Positions 13,370 to 26,394 of a stretch of 64,000 nt of DNA are shown here, one piece after another; the stretch's first letter is position 1, and each line of letters begins with the position of its first letter. Origin of the DNA: the human T2T-CHM13v2.0 reference genome, Homo sapiens; the NCBI RefSeq assembly GCF_009914755.1, contig NC_060934.1. One strand, given 5' to 3'. The notes below the pieces were generated by a model. The model was not told the DNA's origin. It worked only from the letters and a program-made list of their open reading frames with translations, and did no database searches. Both the position numbers and the translations under genes were made by a program.

Positions 13370-14480
13370 TGTCTCTAATAGGGATGTCACCAAGGTCACC
13401 CATTACCTGCTCTGGTCACATGGAAAGACCAGTTCTTTTCCTGATCTTATTCTCCCCACATTAGCACAAGGCCAGCCCACCACTCTCTCCTCCTGGCAAT
13501 GCCTTAGGTCCTGAACTGCCTCCTGCCTCGGGGCGGCTGCTCTCTGTTGGCGCCTCCTCCTCTTCCCAACCTCAGTGTGTTGGGCTGTGGAGGAGATACA
13601 AAGGGATGAACGGGATTGGTCCTTGACCCACTTGTCTTCCATGTCTTCTCTCTTTAGGTGACTCGGTCTAGCCTCAGTGTAGATTCTTTTGATCCCCAAC
13701 TGTTCTTTCTCAGCCTGAATTCTAGACATAACCAATTGCCTTTCTGACATTTCTACTTGAATGTCCAGCAGACACTGCAAACTTTATATAACTGAAAGGA
13801 ATTCTGGACATGAGTGTCCCTCACCCCATTGTTTCCTGTAATGGGCTGAATACTGGCCTCCCCAAAGATGTACACATTCTAATTCCTGGAACCTGTGAAT
13901 CTGTTACTTCATTTACCAAAAGGACTTTGCTGATGTGATTACATGAAGGAGCTGGAGATGAAGGGGATGATCTGGGTGGGCCCAACGTAACCACAAAGGT
14001 CCTTATAAGAGACAAGCAGGAGGGTCAGAGTCAGAGAGAGAAATTAGAAGATGCCACACTGCTGGCTTTGAAAACGGAGGATGAGGTCAAGAACCAGGGT
14101 ATGCAGGCAGCTTCTAAAAGCTAAAAAAGTCAAAGAAATAGGATTTTCCTGAGAGGCTCCAGAAGGAACACAGCCCCACCCACACCTTGGTTGTATCCTA
14201 GTGAGACACTAGGATTCTTTTGGACTTCTGACCTCCAGAATGGTATGACAATAAGTTGATGTTGTTTGAAGCCATGAAGTTTGTAGTGATTTTTTTAGAG
14301 CAGCAAAATAGGAAAATGACACGTTCACCAGCACCACCAGAAAACCCCACATGGAGCCAAGCAATCTGCTCTCTCTTTGTTCTCCTCCTTCTCAACTGAC
14401 ACCTGCACTGTCCCCTCATCTTCTCAGGCCAGCATCTTAGATATCAACCTTTCATCAGTCTTTTTCTCTTAGATATCCAA
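13370..14480 (+). mobile_element. L2 fragment interrupted by MLT1D
   Basis: ccaattgcctttctgacatttctacttgaatgtccagcagacactgcaaact is the L2 3' hallmark. Confidence 0.7.
13837..14322 (+). mobile_element. MLT1D-like solo LTR (ERVL-MaLR)
   Basis: tgtaatgggctgaatactggcctcccaaagatgtacacattctaattcctggaacctgtgaa...gcagcaaaataggaaaatgacac. Confidence 0.9.
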
Positions 14481-14529
14481 TAAATACATGCTCAGCTGGC
14501 ACATGTGCAGCAAAACGAGTGACTTGTGA

Positions 14530-15270
14530 AGATGACATATTATATAGTTAGGCAGCCATGACTGGGGCCCAGGTGAAAATGACGAGGGTTAGAACTAGAC
14601 AAATAGTGGTAGGACTAGGGAGGAAGATAAGGAATATTAAAAATATTTAGAACAGAAATTCCACAGGATGGGGACAAAGAGGAGTGAGTAGGTAGGTGGG
14701 GTCACTGATGGAGGCAGAGGAAGGAAGGACGGGGGCAGTAGGGAGAGTCGGTGGGGAAAGATGTGGCATCTCGATATGTTTCTATTGCATTTGGGGTGTG
14801 CGTGGAAGACGTCCAGGCAGAAGAGCATCCCCTACCACAGTCAATTCAAGGGGCCTGGGGCTGGGCTTTGGGGACAGATGTATGTGGGAGATGTACACTT
14901 GGGCTTCATCAGTGAAGAGGTGGGAGTTCAAGGATGGGTCCCCATGATGCAGGGTGTGCGGGAGAAGAACAGCCAAGGGCAGAACCCGGAGGGCACCAGC
15001 ATTTCAGACCTGAGTGGAGAAGGAGCAGTCTGGAAGAGGTGGGAGAGGACCCCTGAGGAGTGACAGAGAGGATGCTAGAAGAGCCTCGTCACAGAACCAG
15101 GTAAGGAGAGTGTTAAAGAAGGAGAACCTGAGGGACTGTGCCGGATACAGTGGAGTCCACATCAAGTCAGCCTCAGACAAGGTCCTGCTGGGGGAGGAGG
15201 GTGTGCAAGTAGCAGTGATGGGGATAAGAACCAGCGGGGACCAGGAGTGGAGAAAGAGAGAAAAGTAGAG
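14530..15270 (-). mobile_element. L2 fragment
   Basis: Purine-rich antisense L2-like sequence (ccaggtgaaaatgacgagggttagaactag...). Confidence 0.6.
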
Positions 15271-17599
15271 AGGCACCGCAGGGCCCACATGGTTTGGGTG
15301 GGCGGTTGGGGAAAGGAGGCAGTTTTAAGGCTGGTATATGTTGTGGGCTGCATGGGAGCTAGGAAGGAGGGAGAGGCTGGAGACAGACATGTTCTGCAGG
15401 AGATAGGAGGATTGAGCCTGGCTCTCCATAAGCCTCAACCATCTCGTGGGAGCTTTCTGCACTCGTGGGAGTGCTCTGCAATTACTGGACACTTGTGAAC
15501 CAAATGTTTCTAATAAGGGGACTCCCTCCACTCGCATATTTTAAGGTGAGTCCCACCTGAATTGGAAATGCGCTTCTCTTACTGTAGAAGCAGTCTTTGA
15601 TTTATGATAACAGATGAAGTAAGTGGCAACTGTGTTTACATTGCACTTGGTATTTTATGATCCTTTGTATGCATAATTTTGTATCCCCTAAGGTTCTATA
15701 AAGGAAAAGAGAAGAGATTAAGGAACCGGCAATATATCATTGTTATCTTTGCGTGTGTATGATGGGAAAATAAACAGGCACCTATTTTACAGTAAAGATA
15801 GCATAAGCTGGCTGTAGCCGGGCCTCCCGAGGAAAGTAATGAAGAGGCTGAAAATACACAGCAGGCGGAGTACAGAAATTCCCAAGCTCATGGACAGGCA
15901 CACCACTCCTATACAAAGAAAACCACCAGGGAGGAGTTCGAGCATGTCAAAGAAAAAAGATGGGAAGGAAGGCTATCAAAATGGAATGAGATTCTGCGTC
16001 ATTTCTTCTTTTTTTTTCTCTTGGCTTACTTGTGCTTAATTTTTATGTAATTATCATGGGCTGCATTTGTAATAAGAAAAGCAATAATAGTTACAATTAA
16101 AACTGCATATGTTAATAAAAACTCATAAGTATTCTTTAAGCAGACACAAAGCAGTTCAGTACTGTTTGTTTGTTTGAAAGCCAGTTAGATTCCTGTTGCC
16201 AAATCTCAAATATACAAATGCAGATTAACGCTGCATCTAATATCCAAACACAGGCTTAGAAAACAGATCAGTTACAACGTTTCTAGTTCAACAAGACGAC
16301 TCCTTTCTTACTTCCCATGTGCCTGCTCTGCCCAGTAATGAGTTGGGTATGGAGGAGGATATGGAGAGAGGTGCAGTGTAGTATCAAACTCAGAACTTGC
16401 CTGGCGAGAAACAGAAACACACACGCATCCTGACAGTGTCCACCTATGTGGATGCTCAGCCTTGAAAATGCAGATCTGTATTTGCTTCCATCTGTGTGAG
16501 GAGTTGGAGAGGCAAGAATGGTGCTGAGCCAGTGATCCGGAAAACAGGAATAACTCCAAATGGAGGGAGGATGGATCAGGCCAACGCTCACACCAGGCAA
16601 TAACCAAGGAAAGCCCAACTGCTACCAGTGATGGCTGAGGTGCCAAGCAGTTCCCCATCTCAGGGTCAAAGGGGCACGTGGAGAGACCTACAAATCGTAA
16701 GGTGGCATGAACAAGGCATCACACTGCAGGCAGAAACCAAGGCAGGTCTCCCAGGTCTGATGCTGCAGGTGGGGAGTTGAGACAGGCCTCCTGGGACTAG
16801 GACTGGATGGACATGGGAGGAGATGGAAGAGTTGGGGAAGCTGGCAGAGGGGTGGAAAGGGTCGTCTCCACGTGGCACACAAGGCCAGACTCCTCACAGG
16901 TCGATGAGTCCAGGCCAGGCCACCGCAGGTTGGGGCCACCCTGGAAGCCCAGGCACCTGCTGCTCTGTGGCATCTGCCTCAGGTGACCCATCAGGAAGCC
17001 ACCCCCCAGGGAGGGACCTGGCCTGACTGACCGGTGACCACGGCCTTGAGGGAGAGTGGGCTTAGTCACCGGATGAACCTCAGGCCTGGGTGTGTCGGAG
17101 GAGGCTCCATTGCCTCCAGGCAGCAACACAACAAAAGCACAAACCTGGCTACTCCAGAGCAAGAGAGGACACATCTGGAGGACGACAGGAAGAGGCTCTG
17201 GGAGAGATGAGAACCAGGGAGCGCGGACCGCTGGGCTCCCAGTCGGGCCCCTGGGTGTGAGTCCTGGCTCTGCCCTCACTGGCCTTCTGGCCTTCCTCGA
17301 GGGACTTGAACTTGCTGCAGGAGCGTGCCTGCATCTGTGAGGCGGGCTCGAGCTATCTCATGGGGCTGTTGGAAAGGCAGCAGCGGCACACCGTCCAGCC
17401 CAGCCACACTCAGAAGATGCCTCCAGGATGCGTGTCTCCTTCTCCAGCCTCCTCATCCCTTTCTGCTCTCCTCCCACTTTCTGCTCCAGATTTCAAGGGA
17501 AGAAAGGGCTCCATTGTTTACAAATCTGCTTACAAACCATTGGTTTCCAAGAAAAATAATGGTCGTGTTCGAGGAGAGTGGCAGTGTTAGGAACAAAAG

Positions 17600-18350
17600 G
17601 GCCAAATCGCAGGGCCTGGCAACTGGCTGGGTAAGCAAGAAGCAGGGTGTGGGGTACACAGGGATCTGGGTCAAGGGGAACACACGGAGGAGGGGGTGGC
17701 TGTACCATGGGCTGCGCAGGACCTGGTCGGACCAAGGGGCTGGGGGAGCAGAGGCGAGGGCAGCCCAGGGCCTGGCAGACAGGGAGACAGAGCTGGGCTG
17801 GAGAGGGCATCTTGGGCAGGCGCTGAGGCTCTGCCAGGGCTTTGGGTTCCAACCTGAAAAGGACAGGCCACCAGCGCGGAAGGAGGAAGAACACATTTGC
17901 GAGTTAGAAGGGAATGCCCTCACTTGGGAGCAAAGAAGCCAGGGGATGCTGGAGCTCAGCCCAGAGAGTGTCCGTGGAGACAAGAAAAGGAAGGTTATCC
18001 AAGGTTATCCAGAGCTATGCCCAGGTGGCATCAACAGGCCTGGTGCCCTGGGGGAAGGCTGGGGCAGACCCTGCAACTCTCGAGTGTCTGGCTGGGGCCA
18101 CTGGTCAGATGGAGATGCCAGGGCCTGCGATGGGGAAGCCCCCGGGATAAGTGGGGAGCAGGAGAGCAAACCTGCGAGCTCAGGCTGGGATTTGCTGAGT
18201 CTCAGATGCCTATAGGACAGCTGAATATGGACAGCCTGGTTTCTGGAAATTGTCAGACTCATCTGGAACTCCAGATAAATCACAGCCTGGGCCACAGAGG
18301 TGGATACTGCATGGGAGAGTGTGGAAAGGAAAGCAAGCACGGCTCTGCGG
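17600..18350 (-). mobile_element. L2 fragment
   Basis: gggatttgctgagtctcagatgcctataggacagct resembles the antisense L2 hallmark. Confidence 0.55.
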
Positions 18351-18362
18351 GGGGAGCTGAAT

Positions 18363-18581
18363 GAGCACTCACAGGAAGGAGCACTCACAGGAAGGAGCAC
18401 CCACAGGAAGGAGCACTCACAGGAAGGAACACCCATAGGAAGGAGCACTCATAGGAAGGAGCACCTGTAGGAAAGAGCACTCACAGGAAGGAGCACCTGC
18501 AGGAAGGAGTACTCACAGGAAGGAGCACCTACAGGAAGGAGCATCACAGGAAGGAGCACCCGCAGGAAGGAGCCCATGAAG
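18363..18581. repeat. 16-bp minisatellite (GAGCACTCACAGGAAG) x13 plus a partial unit
   Basis: Units counted directly. Confidence 0.96.
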
Positions 18582-19059
18582 GAACCAACAGATCTCTGAG
18601 GATGGAGAAACCCCTGGGGACAGCACCCCCAAAGCCAAGGGGCAGGGCCGCCTCCTGGAGGAAGGGGTGACAGGAGCCATCCACCCTGGGCATGGGCAGG
18701 CAGCATGACATTGCCTGCAGAGAATGTAAAACAATACAGAGCTGACCAGAAGCCTCCTGCTTTTTATTATCACCATGCATTGCCCATTCTAAACAACATC
18801 AGTGATAATGCTCTCCTCCCTGCCTGGGCCAGCCTCGCCCACAACCCCTCCCCCCATTTCCCCAGATGCGTCTACGTTAATTAACATGTTTTCTAGCACT
18901 CTTCAAATAAATACCCTCATGACACATCTAATTCAGATATTTTCTTTAAAACTGCTGTGTTCCCTTTTCTGGACTATGAGATACGTAACCCCTTATTTTA
19001 TTCTTTGCCTTGCCTGTTAGAACTCTATGGGAATCTTTTGTGTGTTTGTTGGCCTGGCA

Positions 19060-19305
19060 ACTTAAAATTAATTTGAAAATTTTCAAATAATAGGGAAATA
19101 GAGAGGACTTCTATTATTCTATTCTATTCTATTCTATTATTCTCAGAAAAATAGAGGGGACTCCCCTATACCCATCACCCCAATTCAACTATCATTAACT
19201 TGGGGCCGACCTCATTTCATCTATGGCAGCACCCGCTCCCCCTTCCTCTCACTGAATTATTTTGAAGCAAATCCCAGATATCTTCACTGGAAACACTTCA
19301 GCAAA
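19060..19305 (-). mobile_element. L1MC4/5-like 3' end with internal (CTATT)n
   Basis: tacccatcacccc..attattttgaagcaaatcccagatat. Confidence 0.7.
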
Positions 19306-19980
19306 AGTTCTGCTTTCAAAACATTTCTTATCTACAATATCTTCATATATTTTTGTCCTCCTCCTTCCCTTTTTCTTTCTACTTGGTTTTCATCTTTATA
19401 CTGGGCTGTGATCCTTATTATTTTGGCTGTGCCACTTCAAATAATATTTGGTTATAGGTAGAGCCTAAATGAAAATCATACGTTTGTAGCAAAACGTTCC
19501 CAATCACACGCTGACAATCAGCCCATTGCATATGATGGCCCAGGTTAAGCACTGCACAGCTTCAGAGGCCCCCACTGGAAAGAACTCTAATGCAAATCCT
19601 CTCTCCAGCCCTAGAGTGATGGGGTATAAAGAGCTTGGGACAAGCTAGGATGACATAAAGATCAAGGTGTGTCATTCTGTGCTCTCAACAGTGCCCAGCA
19701 CAGTGCACTGAACTCAGGAGTGACACACTGTTTGTTGAATTTAGGGATGAATGATAAAAGAATGGGTGAAAGTGTTGGCCCTGCGATGGTACGGAAGAAA
19801 ACAAAGCAACGACAATTGTTAGCTACGCAAAATATTATCCAAAGCATTTCTTTAAAAAAAGATCATTAAAATGGTTTTATTTGTAAAAGTGCAACTTTCA
19901 TTCTGTTTTAGGAGTACATACATTGCGTAAAATAAGGTCCTTCAAAACGCTTCCTACAATTGTATTTTAAATTAAATCCT

Positions 19981-20296
19981 GGCCGGGCAGGGTGGCTCAC
20001 GCCTGTAATCTCACCACGTTGTGAGGCCAAGGCGGGTGGATCACCTGAGGTGAGGAGTTCAAGACCAGCCTGGCCAACATGGGGAAACCCCATCTCTACT
20101 AAAAATACAAAAATTAGCCGGGCGTGGTGATGCACACCTGTTATCCTAGCTAGTGACAGGCTGGGGCAGGAGAATCGCTTGAACCCAGGAGGCGGAGATT
20201 GCAGTGAGCCGAGATTGTGCCATTGTACTCAGCCTGGGAGATAAGAGCAAAACTCCATCTCAAACAAACAAACAAACAAAATTTAATTAATTAATT
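19981..20296 (+). mobile_element. Alu (AluS family) with (CAAA)n(AATT)n tail
   Basis: Full dimer; TSD aattaaatcct at 19970-19980 and 20297-20307. Confidence 0.97.
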
Positions 20297-22039
20297 AATT
20301 AAATCCTGAGAGTTCAAGTTCTAAACCTATGTGTAACCATTTTACTATCTATATGCATCCCAAAACTGCATGTTGCGTACTTTCAATATACAAAATAAAA
20401 TTTATTTTTAAAAGTTGTATGTCAAAAAACATATAGACCATTCTAGAAATTAACACAAGAACATGGAATGTAATACCCAGACCAAGAACACGTACAGTAT
20501 TATGCTTAAATATTGATGTCATTACTTCTTCCAGGCAACAGCTCATAAAATAAATCCATAGTTCTCTGCCAGCTAAGAAGTCACAGGAAACAGAAACTCC
20601 CTCAAAATCTTAGCCTGTTTCTGAGGGTAAACCTGAGATTTCATGGGCACTCATTCTGCTCTGCTACATTTTTCCCTGTCTTTCTTTTTTATAAAGAGGA
20701 TTTGCTTCAGAGGCAATGCAGACAAATGAATTATTCATAGAGAAAGAGATAAAAGAGAGAAGGTTTCAGGGACTAAAATAGTTAGGCCTCAGGTTCTATG
20801 AGTTTGATCACATTGACTACTAAGTAGGCATCTTGGGAGCTGAAATAAACCAAAATTAAGAAGTAAAAATGATGTCAACAAGTTTTTTAGCATGCAGTAA
20901 GGGAGAACCACTTCCAGCAATAATGCCAGTGTTAAAGATTAGCTTTTGATTCTGAACTAATTCAAGTAACACCACATGTACATATAACTGAACAATGTTT
21001 TCTAGATAACAGGTGGGATATGTAACCTACAGAAATAAAAATTATATAGGAAAAAGAACCTCATTGTTTCCATGTATCTATAAGAACCAATGTACTACTG
21101 GATGAAACCATAGCATAGAATATCAAGAAGGCATGTGTGGATAAAGCCTTTCCTATAGGATATGACATAACAGTGAATTTTTTGTTGAAAATTTCGTCAG
21201 TCCTACATTTATAAAATCTGTCTTGGATTTTTAACCCTCAACTTTCTGGAGTACTTGGGGGTGTCTAGACCAATGTACAGCTCAAAGCTTTTGTTGACAG
21301 GGGAACAAATCCGACCTTTCTAAAATAAATGGGTATGGGGTAACATTTTCCTTTCAGAAATTCAAGCACATGACATTTATTTAGGTCGTTATTTCCTCCA
21401 AGAGAAAAAAAAATCATCTTAAGATGGAGAATTACAACAGAATCCTTTATTGTCGGATCTAAGGAATTATGACATAGTGCACGTTTGCAACTTTTTGATC
21501 ACAAATCCTAATATTAGACTCTCAAAATCTTGTGAGGTTGAAAGAGAACCATTCACGTCATTCAGAACTATCTGATTATGTATTCTTGATTTTCTGGTGG
21601 GAATTGAAATTTGGCCCCTTTCTAAAGGAAGGCCAGCATCTTGCCCCATGATGGGCAGGTGGAATCCATATAGTAGGTCCTAGGTGAGCTCTGGTTGGTG
21701 TGGCTTCCAAACTGGGGTCTTACACCCAATCACTGGGTGTCCACTGCCGTGCCCCCTGCCCTCCTCCTCCATCCTTCCGTGCCAAGCTCAGGCAGCACAT
21801 CTGTCCTGCTCTGCCCGGAGTCGACTCAGCTCCCTACTGGCTTGCTGTAGCATTGCGTCTACACTGCCCATTGGTGCACGCAGTGCTCAGCAGTGAAGTG
21901 CTGTATCCATTGTGTGATGACCAGCCCGAGGGCAGAGACCTGGCTGAGCACTGTCCTTGCCTCCCACTCAGTGTGTACATAGCTGAGGACTCTTCACCAG
22001 CCGAAGGGGAACTATACAACCAAGACAGGCACACCCTTT

Positions 22040-22620
22040 AAAATATTCATTCCACAGCACTCATTAAGCTCTGGGCATTGTGGCACAGGCGATGCTCTGG
22101 GGGGCATCAGCCCCTAAGAGCGTGACAGAAGTTGCACCTGTGCTAATCTGTGCTTCAGCTGGGCCTTGGAGACAAAGCAACAGGAGCGGAATCAGTCCCT
22201 GTCAATGGCATTAAGCATAGTGGAGGAGACCTACATAAAACGAGTAAACACACGACAAGTGCAGAATCATAAATGAGGAGATGCAGTTTAAAGGGAAAGA
22301 AAGAAAATGCTAGGAAAGACTGAGGGTTAGGCAGGCCTATTTCACACAGGCGGTCAGCTGTGCTCTGAGTATCTGGGCTGAGACCTGAAGGCTGAGAAGG
22401 AGCTACCAGGCAGGCTGGAGCTGGAGGCAGAGACTTCCAGGCAGAGAACAGAACACAAGTGATCCTGCGGTGAAAGAGACCACGTGCTTGAGAATTGAAC
22501 AAACAGCAGCTGGAACTCAGTGAAAGAGTGATCTGACTGAGGTCAGAGATGCAGGCCGATAGCAGGGCACGCCGGCCTGGAAGGTCACAGTCAGGAGACG
22601 CCGGGTCCTTCTGAGAACAA
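22040..22620 (-). mobile_element. L2 3' end
   Basis: attcattccacagcactcattaag...ctgagacctgaaggctgagaaggagc..ttccaggcagagaac. Confidence 0.7.
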
Positions 22621-22768
22621 CACAGAGCCCCCCGGGAGCTCCACTTTTTGCTGTATCACTATCAGGTATCTACCCTGCAGCGAAAGACCTTCCTTCTGTA
22701 GCTTGCTATGGCGTAGGCCAAACTCCTTGAAATAAAATCTAGAGTGTCATTGAAATGTCATTCAGTAA

Positions 22769-23225
22769 CAGATGAATGGGGCATGTCCATAATGTCTTAA
22801 TGGAATGTGTTCCAGCCATAAAAAGCAAGGAAGTTCTGGTACATGCTACAAACAACATGGATGAACCTGAAAACCTCATGCTAAGTGAAAGGAGCTGACA
22901 CAAGAGGACATGTACTATATAACTGCACTGACACCAGATGTCTAAAATAGGCCAATCCATAGAGACCTAAAGGTGAGCATTTGCCAGAAGCTTCAGAGAG
23001 ATGGGCAAACGGAGAATAGGAAGTGACTTTAACAGGTTTGGGGGTTGTTTTTGGAGAGGATGGAAATGTTCTGGAATTAGATAGTGGTGACAGCTGTACA
23101 ACATTGTGAATATAGCAGAACCCACTGAAACTGTACCCTTTAAAATGGTGAATTTTATGTTATGTGAATCACATCTCAATTAGAAGAATCGTAACCAGAA
23201 AAATAAAACTGACTTCTAAAAAAAT
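22769..23225 (+). mobile_element. L1MB-like 3' end, 5'-truncated, TSD preserved
   Basis: cagatgaatgg..catgctac..aacatggatgaacctgaaaacctcatgctaagtgaaag; flanked by atgtcattcagtaa at 22755-22768 and 23226-23239. Confidence 0.9.
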
Positions 23226-23399
23226 ATGTCATTCAGTAAATTGTTTCCTTCAGTCTCAGAAATCATGACTTGCGCTCAAACTGGCAGAATTTCTCTCTGG
23301 ATGAGGTCTCTGCCTTCCAACAAGCCTTATGCCTCTATTGGGCCAATGCTCAATTTTCTGTTTATAAGACATGTTGAGGCCATGACAAAGCAGGTGTGT

Positions 23400-23600
23400 T
23401 TAAGGCCAGGGCAAACTGAGCCTGAACGCTGATTTGCTACTTAATAGCTTTGTGGCCTGCAGCAAGCTGTGTGAATGCTCTGCACAGTGTCCTCACGTAT
23501 AAAACGGGGACAAGAATGTTTGCAAGGACATCACTGTAAGTATTAGAAATGACATGTGCATGGGATAAATATAAGCAGCAGATGCTTAATAAATGGTGTT
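23400..23600 (+). mobile_element. MIR
   Basis: ctacttaatagctttgtggcc..cctcacgtataaaacgggga..agatgcttaataaatgg. Confidence 0.65.
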
Positions 23601-25257
23601 ATTAACAGTGCTATCAATACTTTACAGGGTCTTGACAGTATATTTTATAAATTAGTACATTTGTAGTTAGTCCATTTTATAAATGCTATTTGGAATTCTC
23701 CATGGCAAAGAAAGAGCTAGTGGGGTACACTTTGTAAAACAGAGCTTTTTTTTTTTTTTTTAACACATCAAATAATCATCTCCTGACATACATGTTTGGA
23801 ATCTTAGACTGATTTTCCCCCCATTATATGAATCACTCTGCTTGTTTCAATTTATGCTTGCAAAGCTATGTTTCTGAAAAATTGCATGCAAATCAAATTT
23901 TTACAATTCTGATAATATTTTCCCATTGTTCCATATTATATGTTCAGGGGTGATTTATCTTCATTTGTGATTGATTTTCAGTTGGCAGCAGATCCTAACA
24001 CTTTAGTTTTAAGACTGTTTTCTCCCCAGACTCTGTCAAGTTGTAAAAACATACTTTAAAACCCCCTTGACATTTTAAGGAACTCCTAACTTACTATTTT
24101 GTAAAATCAGACGTTTATTCCTAAGGCTTTTCTACCAGCAGGGAATAGAATTGTATTTATGGTTCAGCAGTAAACACTAAACAGGCTTGCTCATTTTCCA
24201 TTGAAATTCCCCAAAGACTTTCAAAATCAAGGCAAAATGATGGAAAATTAAGAACATGTAAGCAATTCTGGCCCAAGACAGGAGTAGGGAGGTGGTGTCT
24301 GAGGGTTACTTCCCTTCCATGAGATTGTGCGAAGGCAGCACTTCACAGAGCGTGGGCGTCTCCTGGCCCGTCCACAGTGGGTCCTCCACAACGCCCCTGA
24401 CACAGGCTGAGCAAACCCTTTTAATGAAGACCAATTGTGCTTTATTTGAGTTGGAATAGGTACGGAAGTGCTCTCTCTGAGTTTCTGACACAAATAACAA
24501 ACAAAGCCATGGCCAGGGTCCCAGGCTCCTCAGGATTTCAAGATGTCCACATCTGGGGAGAAAGAAGTGGACACAGGTCTGCCTCCCAGCTCTGGGTTCA
24601 CATGGTGAGACAGAGCTCTTGCTGGCTCTTTCCAGTGTCTGGTTTTGACATCACAAAGGGCTGTGGACTTTTATGATCTCGTATAAGAGATTCTTCCATT
24701 CTCCGCATTAAAACTGTCCCCTGAAAGGGATATGATCTAGCCAAGGCTGTGACACAAGAGACATGTGAATACAAGCCCAAGGGGTGGCCACCCATCCACC
24801 CATATGGAACTAGCAATGACTTCATCCTTTTTCTTTTTCCCTCTAGACACATTCACCCTGTCAGCGTGTGCAGAGCAGCTGTGATGGCTGCATCGTGTTG
24901 CTGGAAGCAGGCCAGTGTTACCATGTTCCTGGGCGTGCAGCTGCTGAGCAGGCAGCATGGAGGCCGCCCTGGCTGCAGGGGACCCTTAGCCTGAGGATCC
25001 TGCCCCAAGTTGCTGATGCCAACAGCCAGCCCTTGCCAGATGTCTTATGTCTGACTCTTGGGTGTTTAGGCAGCATAACAGTGAAATTGATAATAACTAT
25101 GGATATCAATTTTGAGTGTGTAATTTTAACCAGAGCAAACCTTTATTGATCTCTTACTCTGTTCTCAGGCCTTCTCATGCATCTTACTTAATTCTCTCAG
25201 TTCCCCAGGAGGCAGGGACTAACATTATCTTCTGTGTAGACCAGTGGGGAGCAACTC

Positions 25258-25268
25258 TGTGTGTGTGT

Positions 25269-25320
<52 letters not shown>
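25258..25320. repeat. (TG)~31 microsatellite
   Basis: Direct inspection; one TA interruption. Confidence 0.98.
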
Positions 25321-25322
<2 letters not shown>

Positions 25323-25400
25323 GTCATTCAGGACAAGTTAAAACACTTATGGGTGTGTGTGTAGGCCATTCAGGACAAGTTAAAACACTTATGGGATGTG
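25311..25400. repeat. 42-bp tandem duplication adjoining (TG)n
   Basis: gtgtgtagg(t/c)cattcaggacaagttaaaacacttatggg x2. Confidence 0.93.
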
Positions 25401-26394
25401 TTTTTCACTTTCAGGGTGAATACATTTTTATTGACTTCTTTTAGGGGGATAAAAGTGGTATTCTTGCAGATAGCTGCTTTCTGAGTAGAATACTAATGAG
25501 ACAGCATACCCTGCTTTGTAGGTGTTTATACGCAACTATCTAGACATTTTAGAGAACCAGCCAAATGGAAGCAGCTTCTGATGTCTTTCACAATGGAACT
25601 AGACCATGGCTATTTTTCAGAGGTAGGAGGGCTTCTGATTGTCGTGGGATGGCACAGACATTGACAACGGGGAATGTGAGGCTTAACCTCAGTGACTGTC
25701 CTCTATACGCTTTTAACAATTCTAGAATAAATCAGTTCGGAAAAGATTTGCATCTCTATCAAAATCCGGGGGATGACATTGCACCAACTGGATCAGACTG
25801 GGGGAGAAAGGTTTCTGTTTCTCAAATTCTAGTCATTTCCAGACTGCCTACTCATGTTTTGGCAACTCTGTGATTAGAGCACATGGATTTAGCCATAAAA
25901 CTGTGGGTTTGATGGTCTTGAATACTTGGCAATGAAATCTAAGATATCTAAACAACTCATCAAGTTTCTGATGTACAACTATGGGCAAAGTATGAATACA
26001 ACATGAGTTGTATTCAAAGGAAGCGAATGGCCAGCCTCTGCCTTCATCTGGCTCATACAGAACTCTGAGAGATCAGACAATCGGGGAAAACCAGCCGAGG
26101 GTTCATGCTTGGGTCCGTGACCACACAGTGCACTGCCGGTATTTGAAGGCAACCACAGCCTGCATGGAAGAGAGGAGAAGGTACAGATGGTGAGAAAGGG
26201 GAGACAGACTCTGGAGCAGCAGAGAAGGGAGGGCTCAGGATGAGAAATGTGAGAATGGGTTTAGGCATTTCCAGAAAACTCTGACTGACTGACTGACTGT
26301 TGGGGGATCATGGTAGACATGGTGGGAAGTTTAGACTAGAGATGCCAATTAACAAGATCGTATCCTCTTCCTTCAGCAGGAAAGTGTCACTTAA

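Noticed and set aside
17325-18215. 296-aa ORF
   Set aside because: GC-rich sequence overlapping L2 remnants, non-ATG start, no recognisable domain, antisense to ADAM12.
18363-18581. CRISPR-like regular repeat
   Set aside because: Head-to-tail units with no unique spacers, in mammalian DNA; it is a minisatellite.
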